A DNA stretch of 62,907 bases, counting the filler, from Octopus bimaculoides (lineage: Eukaryota): NCBI RefSeq assembly GCF_001194135.2. It is 5 parts of 5 records of this genome, joined end to end, with 100 filler letters (N's around TTAATTAATTAA, not from the genome) between each part and the next. Parts side by side here need not be neighbours in the genome. Positions count along the whole stretch, not along the records: positions 45,944 to 59,429 come from NC_068984.1; positions 59,530 to 60,852 come from NW_026361904.1; positions 60,953 to 62,907 come from NC_068986.1; 2 more parts are not named here. One strand, given 5' to 3'. A program made the position numbers and the translations under genes. Positions within the stretch are counted from its first letter, which is position 1. Each line of letters starts with the position of its first letter. Shown piece after piece: positions 53,550-62,907 of this stretch. The notes beneath the pieces are model-generated. The model was not told the DNA's origin, searched no databases, and saw only the letters and a list, made by a program, of their open reading frames with translations.

Positions 53550-54900
53550 GTGTGATTTGAGGATTACTCTTCTTAGCAGGTCAAGTGACCACAATAAGGC
53601 TCCCTCATTAGGAAGTGGTTTGTTGCATGTGCAGAGTATGTTAAATCAGACAAAAAAATGAAGTGTCTTTCTGAGCCATTTTGGTTCAGAAGTAGGTAGA
53701 AGAATTCTGAAAAGTTTTCAAAGAAATATTTAAGAGACCAAAAAATTTGACTGTAATTTGGATGGTATTTTTGCTTTCCTGATGCAGCACAGTTGTAGGT
53801 AATGTAGACAGTGTTCTTTACCTGTACAACTAGGGTTTTGTGTGAGGTGATATTAAGAGACACAAGAGTATATAGTATTAGTGACTCATTTGATCAATTT
53901 AGATGGGTCAAAGGTGAACCATATTTTCTTAGCAGATTTAAATTAAAGGTTTAATGAACAGAAGATATTGTATGGTTGGTTGATGTGGCTTGAGAATCCT
54001 CAATTAAGTAATAATCTGATGATTATATTGGAGAAGGAACAGTAATGATTGTTATAATGTAGGAATGAATAATGATATTGTGCTCAGATAATGATTTTAT
54101 TAATGAACAAAAAATATTGCAATAATTCCAGAATGAAATGTAAAATGGTAAACTGTAATTCCAATTTTCTGTGAATAAGACTGTACTATAAACAAGTGCT
54201 TCACGGTGAAAATGAATAAATCCATCAAATGAGTCAATGTAAAGAAAATATCACCTGATAGAGTCAAATAAAGTGCCACATGATTGGATGAATAGGCATC
54301 AGCTAAAAGATAAATGCTGTGGGAGTAGGAAAACATCACATGATAGAACTGTGTCATTTTATTGGATGAATAAAAATAAACAATTAATAAACATTGTTTT
54401 GCATCAAGACAACTGGGGTTGTTTCAATGATGAGGTAAAGTTTGGGTTTTGAGGTTGGACAGAAGTCAAAAATGTTTGGATAGTTAGTATATTTGTCAGG
54501 GGTTCAAAAAGGTAAGGAGATTAATTGGTTCAGACAGTTAAAGGTAACAAATGAGTTGATCTTTGTGCTTGCATTATAAGGGAAGTGAGAGAAGAGAACT
54601 GGGTAAAGTTGTGTACATTGATGTCACCTAGAATGATGACTTCAGAGAGGTAGATATTTTGTATGTCAGACAAGAGATAATTGAACAATTATTGATAGCG
54701 GGAGGGTGACAGAAATAGCAGACAAATTTGAAGAAATATGGATAACAGATTTTCAGTAGTCTTTATTGCAAACATTTTGATGAGAAAGATAATTAGTGAC
54801 TCCATATATATATGCACATCTCTCAGAAATAATAGTGTATATACTTTGGAGAGAAGAGAGACTGAGATTCAGAAATTTATGACGCAGAAAGGAAATAATA
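53550..54900 (-). mobile_element. Highly decayed CR1/L2-group LINE (APE domain to RT start)
   Basis: VIILGDINVHN at 54640-54608 (APE GDxNxH motif); HPNYSQI..LSDLTY near 53770-53600 weakly resembles the RT-start SNYRPI..LSDxQY. Confidence 0.55.
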
Positions 54901-55527
54901 TATGTTAAATTCAAATTATGATAAACGTAAACAAACAAACAAAGTTTGCTTTTAGAACCGTTGAGATGTCGTAGAAAGTTAAAGAAGTGATTTTAAAATT
55001 CTCAAATGCAGGATAATGCTAATAATATAGCCCGAACAGGATAAGCTACCCCTATTTTGCAGAAAAAGTGTTGGCGGCCAGCTATAATATATGGTTTTTG
55101 TGTGAGCAGAAGATGGTTCGTGGAATGTTGATTTAAATCCTCAGATTATGGAGTCGATAAAGGAGATATGTTTAGTTGTTTCTCATTAAAAAAAGAAAAA
55201 GCTTTGGCATTGTAGTTGCTGATGTTTAGCTTTAGGCTAGCTCTAATCAAGCAGACTTGTAATCAAAAACGTTCCAACTCTGACCATCCATCCTATCTTT
55301 TTATGTGTCAGAGATTACATTGGCCAATGAATTCATCTTTAGTTAAGCTGGTGTTTTGAAGAAGATTAAGCTGCCTGAGTGACCGTGTAGAAGCTTCTTA
55401 GTAGTGAGAGGAAATCAAAGCTTAGAAGTAGCATCTAACTACTACATCAATTGCTGTGAGTACTTTAGCTGGAAGTCAATGAGTTCAGATAAATACTGCA
55501 CTTACTGGAGAACAGGATTTGGAATGA

Positions 55528-56755
55528 TATGAAGGTGGGCTGAAAAGTTCATTGGCTGACTCTGAAGGAGTAATGTTAGAGCTGTGAAATCTTGCATGCA
55601 TTAAGTTCAACACTTCTTATTAATAACTGTATTGTTTCTGTCCAAGTAAACTGACATTTGACTGTTCAAATAACACTTCAAAAGTAACTAGTAGTGACTT
55701 CCCTTGAAAATGGAAATAATTCAACATTGTGGTGTTATTAAGTACCTGCAGAAAAAGGGTCTAGCCCCCAAGGACATTCATGCTGACATGGTTGCTACAT
55801 TAAAGGATGACACTCCAGTTTTATCCACAGTGCAAAAGTGGGCAGCTGAATTTAGGAAGAAAATGGAGTGTCTTGAAGATGACCCAAGGTCTGAATGTCC
55901 TGCAACTGTCACCAACGAAGAAAACATTTATTGACTATAAATCATATAATCAATGCTATTAGCACATTCCATGAGAGAGTTGAGAATATTCTGCTCAATG
56001 AACTTGGTATGATGAAGGTTTCTGCTCAGTGGGTGCCATGTTTTCTGACACTTGATCAAAAGTACACTAGGCTGATCACATCATGGGAATATCTGAAATT
56101 GTTTGAGGCAGATCCAGCTGGTTTCCTTGAACACTTCATCACTTTGAGCCAGAGACAAAGAGACAATCCATGCAGTGGAAACACCCCTCCTCACCTGCTC
56201 CAAAGAAGACTAAGGTTATTTCATCTGCAGGGAAGGTGATGGTCTCAGTTTTTTGGGATGCAAAAGGTATTGTGCTTATTGACTATCTTCAAAAGGGCCA
56301 CACCATCAATAGAGAGTACTATGTCAACTTGCTGAGGGAGTTATGAAAGACTATCAAGACCAAGTGCCCATGAATACTTACGAAAGGTTTCTTGTTTCCC
56401 CAGGACAAAGCTGTAGCACACAAGTTCTTGCTTTCAATGGCTGCTGTGCATGGCTGTGGCTTTGAAGTGATTGATCACCTTCCTTATTCTCCTGATTTGA
56501 CCTCATCTGACTATCATCTGTTTCCCAACATGTAAAAACACTTGGCTGGGAACCAGTATTGCCGTGATGACAATGTCATATCTGCTCGATGACTTTTTTG
56601 ACCAACAGAACGAAAGCTTCTTCACCAATGTGATTCAAGCATTGCATCACCAATGGAAGAAGTGTGTGGACTGCAAATAGGACTATGTTGAAAAATAAAT
56701 TTCATTTTGTCACATTCCATAAAAATACCTTGGTCAACCTATGAACTTTTCAGCT
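55528..56755 (+). mobile_element. Near full-length mariner (DD34D) with pseudogenised transposase
   Basis: Left TIR TA-TGAAGGTGGGCTGAAAAGTTCATTGGCTGAC; right GTCAACCTATGAACTTTTCAGC; VIKYLQKKG HTH, SAQWVP, QD-x34-D with YSPDL (56404-56511); stops and frameshifts. Confidence 0.93.
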
Positions 56756-56769
56756 GGTTAGACAGCAAC

Positions 56770-57260
56770 CTCTTTGGGTGTTGCCTACATATCTAATCTA
56801 TTTTACGATTTTTTGATGAGCCTTTGATGAGATATTCTTTCTGCAGGTAATCTTTGACAGTCTTTAGCACTACCCAATGAAAAGTACCAAGTGAACTTTG
56901 CTAAATCTTTCTGTGATCAGGAAGGGATCTTAAATTAAGTGGTATGCAAAGTTGTTTTCATTCTCATCCTGAGAGCCTTGTATGTTTATTTTTATACTTG
57001 TGCTGAAAAGGTTGTCTTATAAGTAATCATAGTCATCTGTGATCTAAGTATGTCTTTTATTATGACAAGACCAATGTTCTAGAAACCTTTTTTGCAACTG
57101 AAGATACCACAGACGAAGTTTTTGTGTAAATGAAAGAAATGGGTTAGCATTACTGCAGAAAATGTAGGATTATGTTTGGAAACAGTATTTACAAACAAAA
57201 ATCCCAAGGAATTGTGTGAAATTTAAAGATTTTTTTTTGCATGTAGTATTTGAGACCTTC
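56770..57260 (-). mobile_element. Very old CR1-like RT C-terminal remnant
   Basis: Weak LGIFV.. and YKALRMRM motifs parallel to 31700-32610. Confidence 0.35.
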
Positions 57261-59141
57261 TATATTGACAATAGTCACTCAATGAGAAACAAAGCATCAA
57301 TAAACATTGGTAAGATTTGGTGGCTCTTGATTTTTAAAAATAATTTCTATATTTAACAGGAACCATTTTCATGAACTTTTTCAAAAGAAATGTGTCTGTT
57401 TTTTATATAATTCCATTTATGTCTAGAATGCTTGATTGTGGGTATTAAATTGATCTGTGTACTATTAGACTGATTTCATTGAGAGAATGAAATGTAAGTT
57501 TGACCTCAACAGAATTTGAACACAGAATGTAAAAAAACCATTACTAAAAATAAAGATCTTTTTATCCACTGCTTTAATAATTCTAATCCCAAATGATTAG
57601 AGTCATTGATTTTATTACTGCATAATGCAATGATCACACTGCATTACATATGTTAAGAGAACATGTTTTTGAAGAAGCTATATGGAGACAAACCACTGTT
57701 TCTCATACTGGGAAAGGGCTATAGGAGAAGGGAAGGGGTCTGTTAAGATTGATAAAATGGTCAACAAATTGCCATGGGTAATAAAATCAAAATGATTTTC
57801 AACTTGTTCAATACTATGGTGAAGGAAAATAGAATTATACAAATGAAAACTTTTTGTCTTTTGAATTATAGAAAAGAGAAAAAAGCACTTCACTAATATA
57901 TTTTATTGTGAATATTTGCCAATATGAGAATTTGAGGGCTAAACTATTATTACAGCCATTGAGCTATGGCTGTGTTATTTCTTAACTTCTAGTTAGCACT
58001 GACTGGGCAGAAGTATAGTCAAAATGACCACATTTCCTTTCCTCAAGAATATTGACTCAAAGACTACATTATACAATAAGTTCATTTATAAAACGGTAGG
58101 ATGTTATTTGAGTGAGATTTCGCTACCACCTTTACCAGTTTAACTATATAAAGATTTTTCTTGAATGCTTTTCGTGTGTAGTTGAGTAAGGTACATAACT
58201 CTGTTTATATCAATCTTATTTCCTTGTCTCGTATCCAAGTAAATTAATAGTAAAGCAGCCAGCTTTAAAAAAGCTGACCACATAATATATCCTGTTGTTA
58301 TATTTGGCTATAATACAGTGAAAAGAAGAAAATATCAAAATGAGCAAAAATAGTGTTGTTTATGTTCATACTTGACTTAGTTTCGCCTCCAAATATTCTT
58401 CACGAAAACTGATCCAAGGGACGTAACTCTGAACCTTACTAAATAGAAGAAACATTCTTTTAGAAGACTTTCAGAGCCACAACAGTAATTTCAAAACATT
58501 GGATGGTCATTAAGTTCACCAACGTTATCCAAACGGTACACATAAAACTGTTTTGCATCAACCTAGTAATCACCTTAAATAGTTGCGACCACATGTAAGC
58601 ATGCAATCTTATCACATAACAATGACTAATGTGCAAATGTTTAGCGACCTATTATTTTAGCTTAAATTCTGCCAGGATTTACTTTCTTTTTCATGCTTTC
58701 AGGGTCGATAAAATAAGTACCTGTTGAGTACAGTAGTAGATGAAATCGATATGCACTTCCCCACCAAATTTCGGACCCTGCGCCGATAGTAGAAAGAATT
58801 ATACAATAAATATAACACCATTAAAGAACTAAAGTAAATTGATTAAATTTGAAGGAAAATAAAATAACACTAAAATAGCATTTTTATCAACAGTGTAAAT
58901 ATGGTAAAAATGAAAAAAATTCCGTTCAGTCGGCATTGTCAAGTTGTTAATCTGAAACACAACTCGTAGTTAATTTTGTGAATCAGGATAACTGAAGATT
59001 AGTTTTGCTTCTGAAAAAATATTTTAGAAATTCAGTCTTGTGAAATAATTTATCTGTTACCTAAGGTATGACTATTTTAATAGAGAGAAATAGACACACA
59101 CGTGTGTGTGTGTGTATATATGTATGTGTGTGTGTTTGTGT

Positions 59142-59429
59142 ATCATCATCATCATCATCATCGTTTAACGTCCGCTTTCCATGCTAGCATGGGTTGGACG
59201 ATTTGACTGAGGACTGGTGAAACCGGATGGCAACACCAGGCTCCAATCTAATTTGGCAGAGTTTCTACAGCTGGATGCCCTTCCTAACGCCAACCACTCA
59301 GAGTGTAGTGGGTGCTTTTACGTGTCACCCGCACGAAAACGGCCATGCTCGAAATGATGTCTTTTATGTGCCACCCGCACAAGAGCCAGTCCAGGGGCAC
59401 TGGCAACGATCTCGCTCGAAAACCCTACA
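59142..59429 (-). mobile_element. Young RTE LINE 3' UTR and tail running into a gap
   Basis: Near-identical to the reverse complement of 47697-47968. Confidence 0.85.
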
Positions 59430-59529
59430 NNNNNNNNNNNNNNNNNNNNNNNNNNNNNNNNNNNNNNNNNNNNTTAATTAATTAANNNNNNNNNNNNNNN
59501 NNNNNNNNNNNNNNNNNNNNNNNNNNNNN

Positions 59530-59593
<64 letters not shown>

Positions 59594-59679
59594 AGAAAGA
59601 GAATGAAAGGGTTAGAGAGAAGGAAAGAGAAAGAGAGAGAGAGAAAGGTTAGTGGTGTAGGTGGTGTTTGTGAAGAGGA

Positions 59680-59820
59680 GAGAATGGCCGTCAGCGGAAA
59701 TTGCGTTTCTCCGAGACAGCACGGTCGCCATTTTGCAAGTGCTGACTGGAGTTGAAGAGACGCTGGAAAAGTCGTCGCGATGACACGTTCTCTCTCTTGA
59801 CGAAAGGCCACGGTGTAGAA
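59680..59820 (-). promoter_or_regulatory. CpG-rich unique island with AAAATGGCG (YY1/Kozak-like) motif
   Basis: About a dozen CpGs in about 130 bp; minus strand CAAAATGGCGACC with ATG at 59731-59729. Confidence 0.3.
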
Positions 59821-59829
59821 GGAAGAACG

Positions 59830-60425
59830 ACAAGAAGAAGAAGAAGAAGAAGGAAAAGGATGGTTGGCGAGAAGAGGGTGGATAGACGAAGAAGGAGGAT
59901 CAAGAAGAAGAAGAAAGGTGGTGGGGGGGGAAGGAAGAAGAGATGAATGGAAGAGGAGAAAGAAGACAAAGAGGAAATGAGGTGGAAGAAGAATAGGAGG
60001 GGGAGGAGAAGAAGAAGAAGAAGAAGGAAAAGGGTGGTTGGCGAGAGGAGGGTGGATAGACGAAGAAGGAGGATCAAGAAGAAGAAAGGTGGGGGTGAAA
60101 GGAAGAAGAGAAGAATGGAAGAGGAGAAAGAAGAATAGGAGGGGGAGGAGAAGAAGAATAAGAAAGAAAAGGGTGGTTGGCGAGAAGAGGGTGGACAGAT
60201 GAAGAAGGAGGATCAAGAAGAAGAAAGGTGGTGGGGCGGGGGAAGAAAGAGAAGAATGGGAGAGGAGAAAAAAGACGAAGAAGAAATGAGGAGAAAGAAG
60301 AATAGGAGGGGGAGGAAGAGAAGAAGGGGAAATAGTAGTAGTAGTAGTAGTAGAGGAAGAAGGAGAAGGGGAGAAGGAGTAGAAGGAGGATGAGGAAGAA
60401 AAAGAAGAGGAAGAAGAAGAAGAAG
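59830..60425. repeat. Purine-rich (GAA/GGA) low-complexity tract with 3 copies of an embedded unit
   Basis: TGGTTGGCGAGAAGAGGGTGGATAGACGAAGAAGGAGGATCAAG (with variants) at 59861, 60035, 60174. Confidence 0.85.
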
Positions 60426-60529
60426 AAGGGAGAAGTAGAAACACAATGACGTTGATGATGATGAGAAGAAGTAGAAAAAAGAAGAGGAAAAGGAAGGTAC
60501 TGAAACATCAACAGGAACGAAATGATATT

Positions 60530-60852
60530 GATGATGGTGATGATGGTGATGATGATGATGATGGTGATGATAGTGATGATGATGACGACGACGATGAAGA
60601 TGATGATGATGATTATGACGATGATGATGATGGTGATGATGATAGTGATAATGATGATGACGATGATGGTGATGATGATGATGATGACGACGATGATGAT
60701 GATGATTATGACGATGATGGTGATGATGATGATGATGATCATAGTGATGATGTTGACGAGGATTATGATGATGTTAATGCAACTGCTATTGATGATGATG
60801 ATGACGATGAGGATGATGAAAATGGTGATGGTGATGATGATGATGATGATGA
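60530..60852. repeat. Imperfect (GAT)n microsatellite
   Basis: Directly visible. Confidence 0.93.
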
Positions 60853-60952
60853 NNNNNNNNNNNNNNNNNNNNNNNNNNNNNNNNNNNNNNNNNNNNTTAA
60901 TTAATTAANNNNNNNNNNNNNNNNNNNNNNNNNNNNNNNNNNNNNNNNNNNN

Positions 60953-61263
60953 TGAAATTAACGTGCAAGTGGCTGAGCACTCCACAGACACGTGTACCCT
61001 TAACGTAGTTCTCGGGGATATTCAGCGTGACACAGTGTGACAAGGCTGACCCTTTGAATTACAGGCACAACAGAAACAGGAAGTAAGAGTGAGAGAAAGT
61101 TGTGGTGAAAGAGTACAGCAGGGTTCGCCACCATCACCTGCCGGAGCCTCGTGGAGCTTTAGGTGTTTTCGCTCAATAAATACTCACAACGTCCGGTCTG
61201 GGAATCGAAACCGCGATCCTATGACCGCGAGTCCACTGCCCTAACCACTGGGCCATTGCGCCT
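60953..61263 (-). mobile_element. Young SINE family C (3' end lost in gap)
   Basis: Highly similar to 42990-43298. Confidence 0.9.
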
Positions 61264-61644
61264 AACAGCACTTTGATACCCGCGAATCATCATCATACAA
61301 GTAACTCATTTTAAATATTTCGATGGTTTCCAGTCTTGCATATCAGCTAACTTTTTCTCAAATACTTCAATCTTTATGCTCTCCAGCACCGTTGACTGCA
61401 CACCGATGCAACAAGCTGTTCTGGACGAAAAAAAAGGAGATATAAAAGTTGTCAAATTTATCCTGAACACCTAGATGAGATTGAAATTGCAATCGAAGAA
61501 AAAAATGACTAAGTAGTAATGCTTTCCAACCACGTCTTTTACTATAGCCCTAGGTCAACCAAAGCCTTCTGAGTGGATTTGGTAACTGAAAAAAGAAAGA
61601 AAAAGCAACACGCCGTATGTCTGTGTCAGTGTATATATGCAACG

Positions 61645-62022
61645 GGCAAAGGAGTAGACGCGCGCGAGCTGGAGGTCCGCGAGATAAAAGTGGAGCCTAG
61701 AAAGATGAAGGAGAGTGAGAAATTAATCACAAAAGAAGGAAACACTTTGAAGCTGACACCGCCTGAAGAGCTCTCGGCCAACGTGACAAAAAGAACGGTT
61801 ATATTTAAAACCATGAAGGCAGCCACGAGAAAGCTAGAAATAGCACCAATAGAGGCCATAGAGGAATGTGTTAAGAATATAAAAAGAGTCACAACATACA
61901 TTACGAGAGGGAGAAGATACGCCAGTGTGGAGGTGCGCTTCACAACGGAGGAGGAAGCAATAAAGCACTCCACAGAGGCAATAAGGACAGAGGAATGGGT
62001 GCTCTTGCCTTCGTACTGCGGC
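61645..62022 (+). mobile_element. Retroelement ORF1/Gag-like N-terminal fragment (Tx1/L1-like)
   Basis: Open frame KRTVIFK...YITRGRRYASVEVRFTTEEEA..HST..IRTEEWVLLPSYCGK, an RRM-like pattern; family assignment from recall. Confidence 0.45.
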
Positions 62023-62357
62023 AAATTCCCCCGATTGTAATCCCATGGATTACTTATTGTATGTGAAGCACTGTTGAGAATGGCATCAACCGTTCTGCCT
62101 GCAACACCAAGGCTGAGCTGGTGGCCAAGATCAAGGATGGGATCGAAAATCTTCCCAGTGACACAGCGAGGACCGTATGCGCCAAATTCCGGAACCGCCT
62201 TGAAGCCGTGATGGAGGCTGAATGTGGTTACTTAGAATAAATTATTTCTCAACCATAATCTATTGATATTTTCTATTCTTTTTTAGATACTTTTATTTTT
62301 GGATGGAATATTGTGTTTTCTTTTCCTTTCATACAAATTTATCCTGAACACCCCGTA
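62023..62357 (+). mobile_element. maT (DD37D) element 3' end
   Basis: NSPDCNPMDY..CNTKAELVAKIK, homologous to 19290-19630; ends ATCCTGAACACCCCG-TA. Confidence 0.8.
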
Positions 62358-62599
62358 GGTGTATATAAACCGACTTCATTGCTTGACTTGGTGCTTTATT
62401 TTGTCGACCTTAGAGGAATAACGTTGGGTGTTCACTTCAACGGTGAGGAGATACTGCAAGCCTCTGATGATTCTGCCTGTCGATCGCCCTTGATAAATAG
62501 CAGTTTTGAGTGGAAGTGCTTAAGCGATACCATCGGCTCAGTATATATGACTGTCACTCTAGTGTCATGTTCCTTTTATTTGATAAGGGTTTGTAAATT

Positions 62600-62810
62600 A
62601 AGCACTAGATCAGACATTTGGAGGGAGTGGGAAGATAGCAGTCAAATTTATCGATTCCAGTATTTGACTGGTACCTTATTTTATCAATCCCGAATGAATG
62701 AAAGGTAAAGTTACTTCAGCGAGATTTGAACTTAGAGCATAAAGATCCGGAACAGATACAACAAGGCATTTATTTTGTCCGTCTCTCAAAAGACTTTGTC
62801 AGTGTGCCGG
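62600..62810 (-). mobile_element. SINE family A, degenerate
   Basis: GGTACCTTATTTTATCAATCCCGAATGAATGAAAGGTAAAGTT..GAGATTTGAACT. Confidence 0.65.
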
Positions 62811-62880
62811 TTTCTAAATTACGCAAAATGCCAGCAATTTTGATGCTATCGACCATAAAAATTTAGTTGGTGCCTTATTA

Positions 62881-62907
62881 CAGTGGTTTCCAAAGTGGGC
62901 AGTATTG
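62881..62907 (+). mobile_element. Left TIR of a hAT MITE cut by the window edge
   Basis: CAGTGGTTTCCAAAGTGGG. Confidence 0.5.

Noticed and set aside
59690-59731. RRNAI in MATVLSRRNAIS resembles the PKA inhibitor pseudosubstrate
   Set aside because: Only five residues match; the flanking PKI pattern is absent.
59482-60444. 320-aa Ser/Pro/Phe/Leu-rich ORF and the opposite-strand Arg/Lys/Glu ORFs
   Set aside because: Products of the GA-rich low-complexity tract.
60446-60904. Poly-Asp acidic ORF suggestive of a biomineralisation or acidic protein
   Set aside because: An imperfect (GAT)n microsatellite running into a gap, with no splice signals or signal peptide.

Overview
AT-rich, gap-ridden, microsatellite-saturated eukaryotic DNA. 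The repeat content (several tRNA-derived SINE families, RTE LINE tails ending in (GAT)n, very long AT/AC/AG tracts) looks like an octopus-type cephalopod genome; that species call is my inference. I cannot support any intact protein-coding gene, tRNA or rRNA, and most ORFs in the supplied track are microsatellite or N-gap artefacts. What is recognisable is decayed and young mobile DNA. LINEs: RTE pieces, some near-identical and flanking gaps; CR1/L2-group remnants; L1/Tx1-like remnants; the 3' end of a restriction-like-endonuclease (HERO/NeSL-type) element. DNA transposons: a near full-length DD34D mariner, two DD37D maT fragments, hAT, piggyBac-like and mariner MITEs, and a 91-bp mini-Helitron. 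The best second-look items are a hammerhead-core-like motif in the RLE-LINE 3' UTR, a snap-back inverted duplication at an RTE 5' truncation, several long foldbacks, a six-copy SINE train, SINE/RTE tail sharing, and two candidate host first exons or promoters (about 30.2 kb and 59.7 kb, both minus strand). I see no convincing evidence of a wholly new biological system. Repeat boundaries are approximate unless a TSD or TIR is given.
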